This document shows, piece after piece, positions 1 to 10,442 of a DNA stretch of 64,000 bases (within the stretch, counting starts at the first letter, position 1; each line of letters begins with the position of its first letter). The DNA lies in contig CM119264.1 of assembly GCA_051294375.1 (NCBI GenBank), forward strand, positions 14,968,682-15,032,681. Reading direction: 5' to 3'. Below the pieces are notes generated by a model. It made no database searches, had not been told where the DNA came from, and saw nothing but the letters and a program-made list of their open reading frames with translations. Position numbers and translations under genes: made by a program. The stretch comes from Paraspadella gotoi (taxonomy: Eukaryota > Animalia > Chaetognatha).

Positions 1-570
1 TTAGCTCGGATTAAGATTAAGCTTTTATCACTGATAAAGGATTTTATGAGATTACGTCGGCAACATCTTAGTCGAGACGACATAAGCAACACGTGAATTT
101 GTTCCTCGGCGAGCGCGAGATTTGTAATAAGCAAACCGACTCTCTCATCGAATTAAATCGAAAAACGATCTAGTTCACGGAAAAGAGTTTCCCTTTTAAA
201 TCGACTATCCTTCCCGCAGATTTCCTCACTGAGATGTAAGGCGCGAAGCAGACAAAGAATCGGGATCGAAATTGCATCGACGCACAAAGCTCATCATTGC
301 ATGTAATCCGGAATAAATTGCTTCGGTTCGACGCTATTGACGAGCGGACCCGGTCCGAGCGGCTCGACCTCACTTTAGCCTCGATCCTCCTGAGGTTTCT
401 CCGCTCCTCCGCTTCTCCGCTCCTTCGCTTCAAGGACGCCTCGCTCCAACGCTCAGTCACCTTGAATTTATACGAGAATCTTTTCATCGTGTTTCTACCC
501 CTTTATTTTTGCCTTCTTTTTTTTTTAATTCAACTCTTCCTTCAGACCTGGGGAAACGAGATTTTTTGTT

Positions 571-637
<67 letters not shown>

Positions 638-1130
638 ATCTTGGCTACCTCATCTTTTCTGGGAAACCTGCCATAAAAACCTAAACGGGTGATTCCAAAG
701 GCCCCAAATGATCAAGATGAAAGAAGAGCGAGTCAACTTTTTTTCTTCTCTCTTCCTTCTCCCTTCTGCTTTCTACACAATTCCCCATGTTGTGTGTGTC
801 TCTCTCTTTGTATTCCCCCCATTTTTTGTTCTTGTTTTAATCTTTTCACCAAGCGATGGAGAAAATTAAAAAATAATTAATTAATTCGTATCCACCTTCA
901 TAAAATAATTACCGAATTAAAAAATGTCGAAGAGGCAAGCGAACATTCGGCGAGGTAAAAAAAGAACCACAGAAAAATGTGTACATAAACTACATATACG
1001 GTTATGAGAACAACATCAATCAGTAAGTTTGTAAAAAATAATAATTATTGAGGATTTTGCCGTACGCCGTGAGCGAGCTAGTGTATTCTGACTTGCTTTT
1101 CATTTATATCAGCTCGAACCGTTCAATATA

Positions 1131-1207
1131 AGCATACCCTGAGCTTCGGATCAGGCTGTAACACTATGTTACAGGCGAGTTAAGAGCCCCGTTCCTCTTT
1201 AACTGCT
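1131..1207 (-). ncRNA. Twister ribozyme-like motif, circularly permuted (P5-type order), in the SINE body
   Basis: Minus strand: AAA GAG GA(A)CGG ggctct TAA CTC GCC TGTAAC atagt GTTACA G CCTGA TCCGAAGC TCAGG. P2 CTC/GAG, P3 TGTAAC/GTTACA, P4 CCTGA/TCAGG, L4 UCCGAAGC (canonical UCCCAAGC), T1 CCG/CGG, T2 GC/GC. Deviations: 3-bp P2, one extra A, 5-bp P4, marginal P1. Confidence 0.65.
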
Positions 1208-1208
1208 A

Positions 1209-1280
1209 GGCGACCACAGGGCTAGAACCCCGGAGCTTCGGGATGGGAGGCGAATGACTTGCCTCCGGCACCAATTGGGC
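1209..1280 (-). mobile_element. tRNA(Gly)-derived SINE head with Pol III A/B boxes
   Basis: Minus strand GCCCAATTGGTGCCGGAGGCAAGTCATTCGCCTCCCATCCCGAAGCTCCGGGGTTCTAGCCCTGTGGTCGCC: A-box-like TGGTGCCGGAGG, tRNA-Gly(CCC)-like anticodon arm TCGCCTCCCA, B-box-like GGTTCTAGCCC. No intact cloverleaf, so a SINE head rather than a tRNA gene. Confidence 0.65.
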
Positions 1281-1441
1281 ACAGATGAACGGATGGTAGA
1301 TTTTAGTCCACCATACTTTAAACTTTATCATAAAATTATAAAAATAACATTTTAAAAAGAATACCGACTGTCACGAATCATTAGTAAGTTATCCTCATAG
1401 TTTTAGGTAAAGCATGTCTCTTTTATACCTTTGGGTAAAGA

Positions 1442-1515
1442 ACTGAGGACTGAGGACTGAGGACTGAGGACTGAGGACTGAGGACTGAGGACTGAGGACT
1501 GAGGACTGAGGACTG
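1442..1515 (+). repeat. (ACTGAGG)n heptamer tandem repeat, about 10 copies
   Basis: Perfect repeats read directly. Confidence 0.95.
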
Positions 1516-2026
1516 ACCAAGCAGAGCGACGTTAAAAATACTTGATCAAGCAGATACTTCGTAAGCGGCAAAATACGAATTTAATAATAAAAAGGGCATT
1601 AAAAAACTGAGTCTATCTCGTAAGAAATAAAAATTTAACAATAATCATTTGCTGGCTTAGATTTCTATACAGATATTATTCATTATTAAATTCAGTTTCT
1701 TCATTAAGATATTAAACGTTTTCTTTGTACTTTAATATATAGCATATTAATTCGATGTTGGCTAATAAAGTGCCCTCTAACGAAAAAACAAGTAGACCGT
1801 TCGAAAGGAAACACGGAAAATACCCTGGCCCAAGCCAAGCCACAGCCACGCCATTTCGTACCATTTCTTGGTGGATACGTCGGGGCGGGCTAGGCCGGGC
1901 CGGATTGTGTCGTCTGAATTAAAATGCAAACTGCTAACTTGTTTTATTCGAACTCCGACCGCTTGGAATTCGCTTGGCGAAGACAAGTGGAGAAAACAAT
2001 AGAAAGAAATGAAGAGCGGTTGTCGT

Positions 2027-2109
<83 letters not shown>

Positions 2110-2754
2110 CGTGCGGTGAGGATCTAATGACGGTGATAGGGATTCAATTCGAAGGGGAAAAAACAGAGATCCATTAAGCAAATTAAGTTTTGAAGGAGAA
2201 GCGTTCTCGAAAAAAAAAGGCTTAACCTTGCTTCATAATGAAAACAAGAGGACGGCGGTGAAGAAGGGGGGGGGGCGAGACGAGCGACTCTCGAGCCATC
2301 TCTTCCGCGCTCCTTCCAATAGAAAAATGGGGTGAGCCAAAAATTTAGAAAATTTATACATTTTTAAGTATACTCTCAATTGACAAAACATTTCTTATAT
2401 GGGTCTAATCCCAAATAATTATTTTTTTAATATTTATTTATAGATAGGAAAGGCAAAATTTTAAGACCAGATTCAGATAGCTCATAAAAAGTTGTCTTTT
2501 TTAAATATTTTTATGATGAGTGGGTCAAAAATAAGTTGTTTTATATTTTCACTTAGAAAACGTAGAAATTTTTAAAAGCTGTTGTGGCGAATCCACACTG
2601 TAATTATTATTAATTAGAGAGATAGAGAGAGAGACACGATTCAATTAGAGATCCTCCGATCTCACTGAAACCTCAAAGCTTCTCGGTCAAAGATATTTAA
2701 ACAAGTTCGAGCAAACAATGTCGGATCTGCCTACGCATAATTAAAGTCGGCAAT

Positions 2755-2904
2755 AAGGCTAACTTGGTCAACTTGCATAATTAATCAACTTGCATTTATT
2801 GGTCAACTTGCATATTTGTTTGGTTAACTGACATAATTTTGTCAGCTGCCATTATTTGGTCAACTGACATAATTTGGTCAACTGACATAATTTGGTCAAC
2901 TGAC
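2755..2904 (+). repeat. Array of ~18-bp units (CATAATTTGGTCAACTGA), probable subterminal repeats of a DNA transposon
   Basis: Repeated TTGGTCAACT cores; the array stops at the TTAA of the next element. Confidence 0.75.
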
Positions 2905-2908
2905 TTAA

Positions 2909-3853
2909 GGTCCGGGATCACTCAATTCAAATTATAATTAGCCTAAAACGCAGCTCGGATTTCGATAGAAGAGCTCCTGACGATTCCGAAAATGTATTCA
3001 CTTTACTATTTTTTCAAAGGCGTCATCGTTTTTTTTCGATTTTTTTGGTACTATATAAAATAAAAGAAACCTATTTGAAGAGTTGCAGCCAAAAGGTAAG
3101 GGCGTTTCTCATGAAATTTGGCATGAATTACCTTTAGATCACAAAACTCCATTCTATGAAAAGATATTTTCAAAATTTGCCTTCCTTCATATAAAATTTG
3201 ATTATTTTAATCAATTTTTGGGATTAATTCCTTGATATCTTTGAAACGAAAAACATTTTTTCAAAAACCGCGCTCATAGAATTTCCCCCACCTTTCTTTT
3301 CTTGCCCAAGATATTTTTTTCTTCAAGAAGAGTCCAACGGTTTGAGCTGCAACTCTTCGTTTTTAACTTCACTTCGTCAAGAAAGTTAAATTCTGTACTC
3401 ATTAAACTCATTAAACATTTACATAAAGTAAAAAGTCAAATTGAAATAAATTCGATAAGTTTTTAACTCATAAAACTCATAAAAGATATAAAAAACCGTC
3501 TGGAAAATGTGTAGAGTAGTTTGTTTTAGACTTATTAGTGATATACTCCAAGTATGTACTTGTACCAAAGGAAGAATTAAAATATAAGAAGTAGAATTGA
3601 GCTTACTGTAAAGAATCAGTTTTAAGTTAAAAATTTAGTTTTAGAAATTTAGCTTACATATAAAAAATTATTTTTCTCTTGAAAATCTAGTTTTACCGAA
3701 GAAAAAATTTTGTTAATTTTTATGAACATTTTAGGTAGATTTTTAAAAGTTTTCGAATAATTTTTAATAGAAAACCTCTTACAGGATATGAGAAAATGAT
3801 TAAGATACAGTAAATTAAGATTTCTACAATTTTAGGTTGAGTGATCCCTGGCC
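2909..3853. mobile_element. Non-autonomous DNA transposon (MITE), Kolobok-like
   Basis: TTAA|GGTCCGGGATCACTCAA ... TTGAGTGATCCCTGGCC|TTAA: 17-bp imperfect TIRs, TTAA duplication at 2905-2908 and 3854-3857, purine (GG) termini as in Kolobok rather than the CC of piggyBac; no ORF. Confidence 0.8.
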
Positions 3854-3859
3854 TTAAAG

Positions 3860-4345
3860 CTTTATCACATACTTTCCTACCACACACAAATTCCATTTTA
3901 ATTTATCTATCCAATTTTTAATAAACATAATAATTATGAGTAAATTTAAGTAAAAATACTTCAAATAAATATGACGTTTTGTTTTTTCCATTTTAACTCA
4001 TTTTTACTCGCACATTCATCGAAACTTTATATCCAGCTCAATCACACACTTTCCTACATCATACAAAATTTCAAGTCAATTGCCTTATCCACACATGAGC
4101 AATTGGCGTTCAAATAGTAAAATAGATTTTTTGGTTTTTTCTATTTAAACCAATTTCCACTTGCATGATTCCATCGAAACTTCATATCCATCTCAATCAC
4201 ACAGTTTCCTACCCACACACAAAATTTCATACCAATCCATCCATCCAATCATGAGTAATTTGAGTTTTTTGCTAAGGGGGGACGGACAGACGGACAGACG
4301 GATGGACAGACGGACAGAAGGACATCATTTTTTTTGCATAATTTA
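3860..4345 (+). mobile_element. DINE-1/Helentron-like non-autonomous repeat with internal ~155-180 bp tandem subunits
   Basis: Three subunits sharing CTTTCCTAC(C)CACACACAAA (near 3868, 4045, 4199), followed by a (GACG/GACA)n tract at 4281-4318 typical of DINE-1/HINE elements. Confidence 0.55.
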
Positions 4346-4500
4346 TCATAATTCGAGGTTCTGATATAATAATAATGATTTACCGACAATATTTTGGAGT
4401 GGGACCGACGGACCGACAAAGTGAATTATAGAGTCTGAATCTGCTGATAAGCAGATCCGACTAAAAACCTCAAATACATAAACAAGGAATAAAAAGATAT

Positions 4501-4539
4501 TCTTTTTGTTTTCCGCTTCTTTTCTCACGATCTCCCCAG
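4501..4539 (+). promoter_or_regulatory. 3' splice acceptor (cis 5'-UTR intron or trans-splice site) 9 nt upstream of the ATG
   Basis: TCTTTTTGTTTTCCGCTTCTTTTCTCACGATCTCCCCAG|TCAACTAAAATG: long pyrimidine tract, branch-like CTCAC, then CAG. Confidence 0.55.
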
Positions 4540-4548
4540 TCAACTAAA

Positions 4549-5970
4549 ATGTTTGCCGTCGCTTTTTTCACTGTAGCCGTTGTTTTTTTGACTATCGCCA
4601 CAGCATACGGAGTGGTCATGGCGCTGCTCTGGCGCCGCGAGTTTCGTTGGCGCGTGAAGAGAAGTCACCCTTCGTCGCCGTCGAATCCAGACTCGAACCC
4701 TCTGACGTCGCCGAGTCTCGACCGAGAGTCCGGAACCGGGCGTCGAACGTTGGAGGCTAGCCCGTTAAACGTCGACCACGTTCGCCTGGATTTTTTCCAG
4801 TTCCTCTGGGGCTGGACCTTCATCGGTCTCTTCTCGGGCTTCCAGTGGATGACGCGATTGCCTTGGCTTCGCCTTCGCATTTTATATTATTCCATTTCCG
4901 GACGTTGGCCGCCGATGCCCGACTACCGCGCCGCCTGCGCTGATTTGGCGCTGGGCTGCAGCATGGCCTCCCGAGTCACGAGGATCGAGCGACTGCAGGA
5001 AGATGCCGGCGGCGGAGTCGTCGCCGTCCTCGAAATCCCCGAATTCGTTCACTGCGTCAACGTCGGTGATTCCGTTCGTACGGAGACGAGCGAGTTCGTG
5101 ATGCGCATTCGCCTCAACCACGACCCCGACGAGGGTCCGCGCAATCACGGCCACAGCATGCTCGACTGTCGCTTCGACGGTCTGTTTATGCGGCCGGAAG
5201 ACGCTTTCGTGCTTGTTGTAGCCCACGCGACGTTCGACAGCCACGTCAAAGTCCACGCGGCGGCCAACCATGCGACTTCAATCGACGAAAAGGATCCTTT
5301 TCTCTCTCGGATGAACGTTTGCACTATCCTCTTCAACTTCTTCGGTTTCAATGGCTACGCGCTGCTCATACGCCTCCTACGCATCTTCGGCGTCCTCCGC
5401 ACCGACCGCGGCGCGCCCGAGGCTCTCAAGACCTCCATGGCGGTCGGGCTTTCCCACGGAATTCCCTGCCATCACCTCGCCGCCAAATTGGCGCCTTACT
5501 CTCCTTACCTCGCGTTTGTCCTCCGCGTTAGGCGATTCTTCATGCGTCGCTTCGAGGACTCTCGATCCCAATTCGCTGGCGTCGACAAAGAAGCGCTCTT
5601 CCTGGGAACGGTCATGCATAGCCTCGACCACCAGAGGATGTCCGAAGTCTTCCAGAATCCCCTGTATATTCGCTTGAAGGAAGAAAGACGCCTGGAGGAC
5701 AAAATTGCCATGGAGGACGAGGAGAAAAGCCTGACCAAACTTGGCCTGGATCGCGGTATCGCTTCCCCCGACTCCGCCGTCGACAGGTTTAAGATGCTGA
5801 GGCAGGTGTGCCGCTTCAACCGGCTCGCCTTCATTGATCCTCTCCAGGGCCTTTTGTTTCGTTACAAATTCAAAGAAGCTCCGTTTCAGTTTTTCCGCGA
5901 CATCTACGAGGAGGCGAAAAAGACGAATCCCGTCTGGGCCGAGGCCTTGGATTGTTGCATCATTCGTTGA
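4549..5970 (+). CDS. Intronless 473-aa uncharacterised protein with N-terminal membrane anchor and two HxxxH motifs; putative lipoxygenase-like metalloenzyme
   Basis: Long uninterrupted ORF, much more GC-rich than its flanks, complex sequence, AAAATG start context, hydrophobic residues 1-28. Motifs H232-VKV-H236, T259-ILF-N263, H357-SLD-H361, C-terminal DCCIIR. The function is inference only. Confidence 0.9.
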   Translation: MFAVAFFTVAVVFLTIATAYGVVMALLWRREFRWRVKRSHPSSPSNPDSNPLTSPSLDRESGTGRRTLEASPLNVDHVRLDFFQFLWGWTFIGLFSGFQWMTRLPWLRLRILYYSISGRWPPMPDYRAACADLALGCSMASRVTRIERLQEDAGGGVVAVLEIPEFVHCVNVGDSVRTETSEFVMRIRLNHDPDEGPRNHGHSMLDCRFDGLFMRPEDAFVLVVAHATFDSHVKVHAAANHATSIDEKDPFLSRMNVCTILFNFFGFNGYALLIRLLRIFGVLRTDRGAPEALKTSMAVGLSHGIPCHHLAAKLAPYSPYLAFVLRVRRFFMRRFEDSRSQFAGVDKEALFLGTVMHSLDHQRMSEVFQNPLYIRLKEERRLEDKIAMEDEEKSLTKLGLDRGIASPDSAVDRFKMLRQVCRFNRLAFIDPLQGLLFRYKFKEAPFQFFRDIYEEAKKTNPVWAEALDCCIIR

Positions 5971-6009
5971 AATACATTTTTAATCAAAAATATTTTTCTG
6001 GCCCAGAAT

Positions 6010-6195
6010 TTTTTAGTATTTTTCAAGTATTTTTTTTACTTATAGTTACTAATTATTATTATATTTATTAACAATTGGACAGATAAATTGAATTGAAATT
6101 TTGTGTGTGGGTAGGAAAGTATGCAATTAAGTTGGATATAAATTTTTGATGGAATCGTAGGAGTGGAAAATTTTAAATTAGAAAATCGAAAGACA
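6010..6195 (-). mobile_element. Inverted fragment of the repeat family at 3860-4345
   Basis: Reverse complement CATACTTTCCTACCCACACACAAAATTTCAATTCAATTTATCTGTCCAATT matches the subunits at 3868-3970 and 4130-4230. Confidence 0.7.
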
Positions 6196-6587
6196 TTTTT
6201 AAAAAAAATTTAAAATTTTCACTCTCTCTCTCTGTAAAGAGTTTATAATGATTTTTATCTGAATTGAGCCCTGACCTTTTATTTTTCTGAGTTTAAGGTT
6301 TAATGAATGACTCCAATAGTTCTGTTTAAAGCCTCAAATTGGTTAAATTTTATACATTGAATTTGAATATCTGGTCTCTCATTGGTTAATAATAACTAGT
6401 AGATGCTTTGATTTTATTCTCAAAATGTGAACTATTCTCTCATTGTTGTTAAATGTTGTCCTTGTATATAAAAGAAGAGTAAATTCTTAGTTTTTGGGAG
6501 ATTCCTCTGAGACCATCAGGTATTAAATGACATTTGTGAAATTATTTGAATATGGTAATTAATTTTAAGCTTTTATGTAGCTTTTAG

Positions 6588-6715
6588 CTGTTGCTGCGTC
6601 TCGGCTCTGTTGCTGCATCTCGGTTCTAGTGCTACTGTTGCTGCGTCTCGGCCTGTTGCTGCATCTCGGTTCTACTGCTACTGTTGCTGCGTATCGGCTC
6701 TACTGCTGCTGCTGT
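6588..6715 (+). repeat. Minisatellite of 18/27-bp units (CTGTTGCTGCRTCTCGGYT)
   Basis: About five units read directly; repeated in the duplicate block near 11064-11190. Confidence 0.85.
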
Positions 6716-6924
6716 ATTTTGGTTCTCTGTCATTCTGATGCACGTTTTTCAATGATTATTGGATATTGAATACTTAATAGTTATTATTCTATTTTTTTTT
6801 TTGATATATGAATTGAGTTAATATTAAGTCGAGATTAAGCACTGCTCAAACAAGGTTCTCATCTGAAACTGAGAAACCCCCCAAGGAATCTTCTACACTC
6901 TCTTTGATTGATTGATTGATTGAT

Positions 6925-7011
6925 CGACCAAATTATGCCAGTCTACCAAATTATGTTAGTTGACCAAATTATAGCAGTTGACCAAATTATGCAAAATTAG
7001 CAAATTATGCA
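6925..7011 (-). repeat. Inverted copy of the ~18-bp array (AGTTGACCAAATTATG)n
   Basis: Reverse complement of the units at 2755-2904. Confidence 0.75.
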
Positions 7012-8418
7012 TAATAATATTATTATAATAATACCTTTTTTAAACTTTCTAAACGCCACTGGTGAATCTCACCACTCAACAGTTCAGTGGATGAACGTAA
7101 CCATTTACGCTAATTCTGTATTTTCTTTTCTTATCATTTTTCACTTTCTCTATGGACCGTGTTTTTAGAACCATTACTCATTAATATTTAAAGCATCTTA
7201 TTTCGAATACGCTTTTACTTATTTCTGGACTGTCACTGAAAAAACGTAAATTTGGATAAGAAATAGATAAGAAAAATAAAAAGTTCTTAATATAATTGTA
7301 AGATCTTTTTGATTCGCTCGCAGACAAAACATGTTATCTAGACTTCAAGGAAACTTAATCGGGAAAAACGGATCCGAAGGAACTTCGGTTCGTCGAGCTC
7401 CGAACGGATTAGGGATGATGTCGAAGATGACGCCGAGGAAGAGAATCGACAGGGCGATCAAAACTATATAACGCGATGAACATCGGGGAAAAGTTTTTGA
7501 CCAAACGACCTCAGTTTTTTTTAACCTGTTAATTGTATCAAGTGAATCCTCGTTAGTTTTTGCTGCAACTTTCTGTTGGTGTTGATGAGGAAATCCAACT
7601 CTGATCTCGGCGACGAGGTCGTGTGCTTCGTTTTCAGAATGTGGCCTGAAGCGGACGTAGAGAAGAAATTGGCGATTGGCTTTCAATGGGAGCGAGCGAG
7701 TTTCACAGACCCGATATAGTCTCCTCTTTGGCGACGCTCCACAGTTGAGCCAATTGTTCGTTAGTCTTGGGTATCGTGTCCAAATACATAGAACAAACGA
7801 GAAACTTTTCCAGAGCGATATCGTATTCTCCCTCTGAGTTCCATTTTTTTTTTCGTGGGGAGTTATGATTATTAAATTTTATGGTGTTTTACTGCTGTCG
7901 CAGTAAATGAAATCAGAGTGGGTAAGAGCTGACATATTTATATATTAACTAACTCGTTAAGTAAATGGCCACCTCGGCGTGACTTCCAGGTTTAATTATG
8001 CCGATCGAAGGTTTAACTTTAAACTTTTCCGGAGCCGTCGTTTTAATTTTGAAAGCCACAACTTTCCCACCGCCTTTTCGGGAAAGCAAGTACATTAGTA
8101 AATATAAAATGTTTAGTTTAATTTAAACAATACATGATAGGTCATCCAGATGAAAATATGCGTAGGTTTTTTTTATATTGGATTATTAGTCAGCCTAAGT
8201 TACAAAGTGATAAGAAAGAAAAGTGAACCGCAACGCCAATACCTGCGTTGGTTAGCGTAAGAATATCCAGAGTATCTTTCGAGGCATCAGCGACCTGCGA
8301 ACGTGAAGAGACAATTAAGTGAAAACATTAAGTATTTCAGAGCGAAGGCCTGGTTGATTCCTAATTTAATAGCAATGATTTAATATAATCCTCTTTTTAG
8401 GAAAAGAGATAATAAGAC

Positions 8419-8507
<89 letters not shown>
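8419..8507 (+). repeat. (AAT)n microsatellite
   Basis: Read directly. Confidence 0.95.
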
Positions 8508-8508
<1 letters not shown>

Positions 8509-9599
8509 TGCACGCTTACTCTTTTATGTTCAGAGAAACTTTCTCTACAGAGAAAAACTCTTTTGACTTATCTGCCTTTAATCCTCCTCCTCCTTTCGCT
8601 CGCCCCACTTCAATCTGCAAACCCTCCTTCAGCTCACTCCACTCACCCACCACCCTCCCCCCCCAAAGTCTCACGTCAAAGTGGAGACATCCCCCGGGAG
8701 ATTTCGAGATGAAACGCCGGAGTAGGTCGTCCCCGAGTCGGTCACCATTTCCGGGTTTTTTTTTGCATCCGGGGCACGGATCGCGTTTTACTCATTCTTT
8801 GATGCTGTAAAGCCAAGTTGTACGTGGCGGAGGAAGGCCCACGATCGCTTCGCATCGAGATCCCATCTTACTTTTTCCGTCTCGAGTCTGATGGGAGAAG
8901 AGAAAATGGGAAGCTACAGGGGGCGAGAAATGAGATCAATATAAAAGAGCTCGAAGAGGTGTTTTATTTATAAATAAAGTGGCAAAGTTATTGATTATAA
9001 ACTGTAATTAAATCGTTGGTAAAACAAAGTTCTCAAACCAAACAATCTCCTCGCGATGCCTTTCCGTCTCTCAACCGCGATTCCGGCCAAGAGAAATTGG
9101 CAGAAAAGGCGGAGGCCAATTTTCTGATCGCAATGGAACCGCATGGAACCCGCGGGAGGAAAGGCGCGCGGGGGCCGCTGATGAATAAAATCACCACTTC
9201 CTTTTTTTTTTTTTTTTTTTTTTTGAAATGGGCTTTTTTTCATCTCCTTTTCCTTCTCCGTCATCCACCCCCTCCTTCTCAATCTCATTCTTTTTCAAGT
9301 TCCTCCCCGCCACTTTATTCCCATTCTTTTCCTTACTTTTCCTTCCCATTGGTTTTTTCTTGTTTTTTTTTTTCGCCAATTATTTTTTCTTTTTAACTCA
9401 CCCTCACTCCTTTCTTTCTTCACTCTCCATCTCGCTCCTCTTTCTTTTTTAGTTTTCCTTCGTGAATCTTGGGATGCATTTTCTTTCATTTCCTTTGTCT
9501 TTTTCTTCTGCATTCATTTCTCTCTTCTTTTCCCTTTCGTTTCTTTTTCTCATTCGTCCTTGTACAATCATGCGNNNNNNNNNNNNNNNNNNNNNNNNN

Positions 9600-10442
9600 C
9601 TCAACCACGACCCCGACGAGTCCGTGCAATCACGGCCACAGCATGCTCGACTGTCGCTTCGACGGTCTGTGTTTGGCCGGAGACGCTTTCGTGGCTTGTT
9701 GTAGCCCACGCGACGTTCGACAGCACCGTCAAAGTCCACGCGGCGGCCAACCATGCGACTTCAATCGACGAAAAGGATCCTTTTCTCTCTCGGATGAACG
9801 TTTGCACTATCCTCTTCAACTTCTTCGGTTTCAATGGCTACGCGCTGCTCATACGCCCTACGCATCTTCGGCGTCCTCCGCACCGACCGCGGCGCGCCCG
9901 AGCTCTCAAGACCTCCATGCGGTCGGGCTTTCCCACGGAATTCCCTGCCATCACCTCGCCGCCAAATTGGCGCCTTACTCTCCTTACCTCGCGTTTGTCC
10001 CCGCGTTAGCGATTCTTCATGCGTCGCTTCGAGGACTCTCGATCCCAATTCGCTGGCGTCGACAAAGAAGCGCTCTTCCTGGGAACGGTCATGCATAGCC
10101 TCGACCACCAGAGGATGTCCGAAGTCTTTCCAGAATCCCCTGTATATTCGCTTGAAGGAAGAAAGACGCCTGGAGGACAAAATTGCCATGGAGGACGAGG
10201 AGAAAAGCCTGACCAACTTGGCCTGGATCGCGTATCGCTTCCCCGACTCCGCCGTCGACAGGTTTAAGATGCTGAGGCAGGTGTGCGCTTCAACCGGCTC
10301 GCCTTCATTGATCCTTCCAGGGCCTTTTGTTTCGTTACAAATTCAAAGAAGCTCCGTTTCAGTTTTTCCGCGACATCTACGAGGAGGCGAAAAAGACGAA
10401 TCCGTCTGGGCCGAGGCCTTGGATTGTTGCATCATTCGTTGA
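9600..10442 (+). pseudogene. Frameshifted partial copy of the 473-aa gene (about aa 189 to end), likely an error-rich duplicate
   Basis: Same peptides (HATFDS, GTVMHSLDH, ALDCCIIR) split over several frames. Confidence 0.7.

Noticed and set aside
170-692. ORFs 170-487 (-) and 297-692 (+)
   Set aside because: No recognisable domain or convincing splice-site pair; the + ORF runs into a CT microsatellite.
1209-1280. Functional tRNA-Gly gene
   Set aside because: Acceptor and anticodon stems do not pair properly and the B box is degenerate; better explained as a SINE head.
2977-2992. CTGACGA-TTCC-GAAA minimal hammerhead-like core
   Set aside because: Stem II cannot pair and no stems I/III or cleavage triplet are evident; it lies inside a DNA MITE.
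4665-5834. Overlapping alternative-frame and antisense ORFs within the 473-aa gene
   Set aside because: Expected shadows of a GC-rich CDS; no independent motifs.
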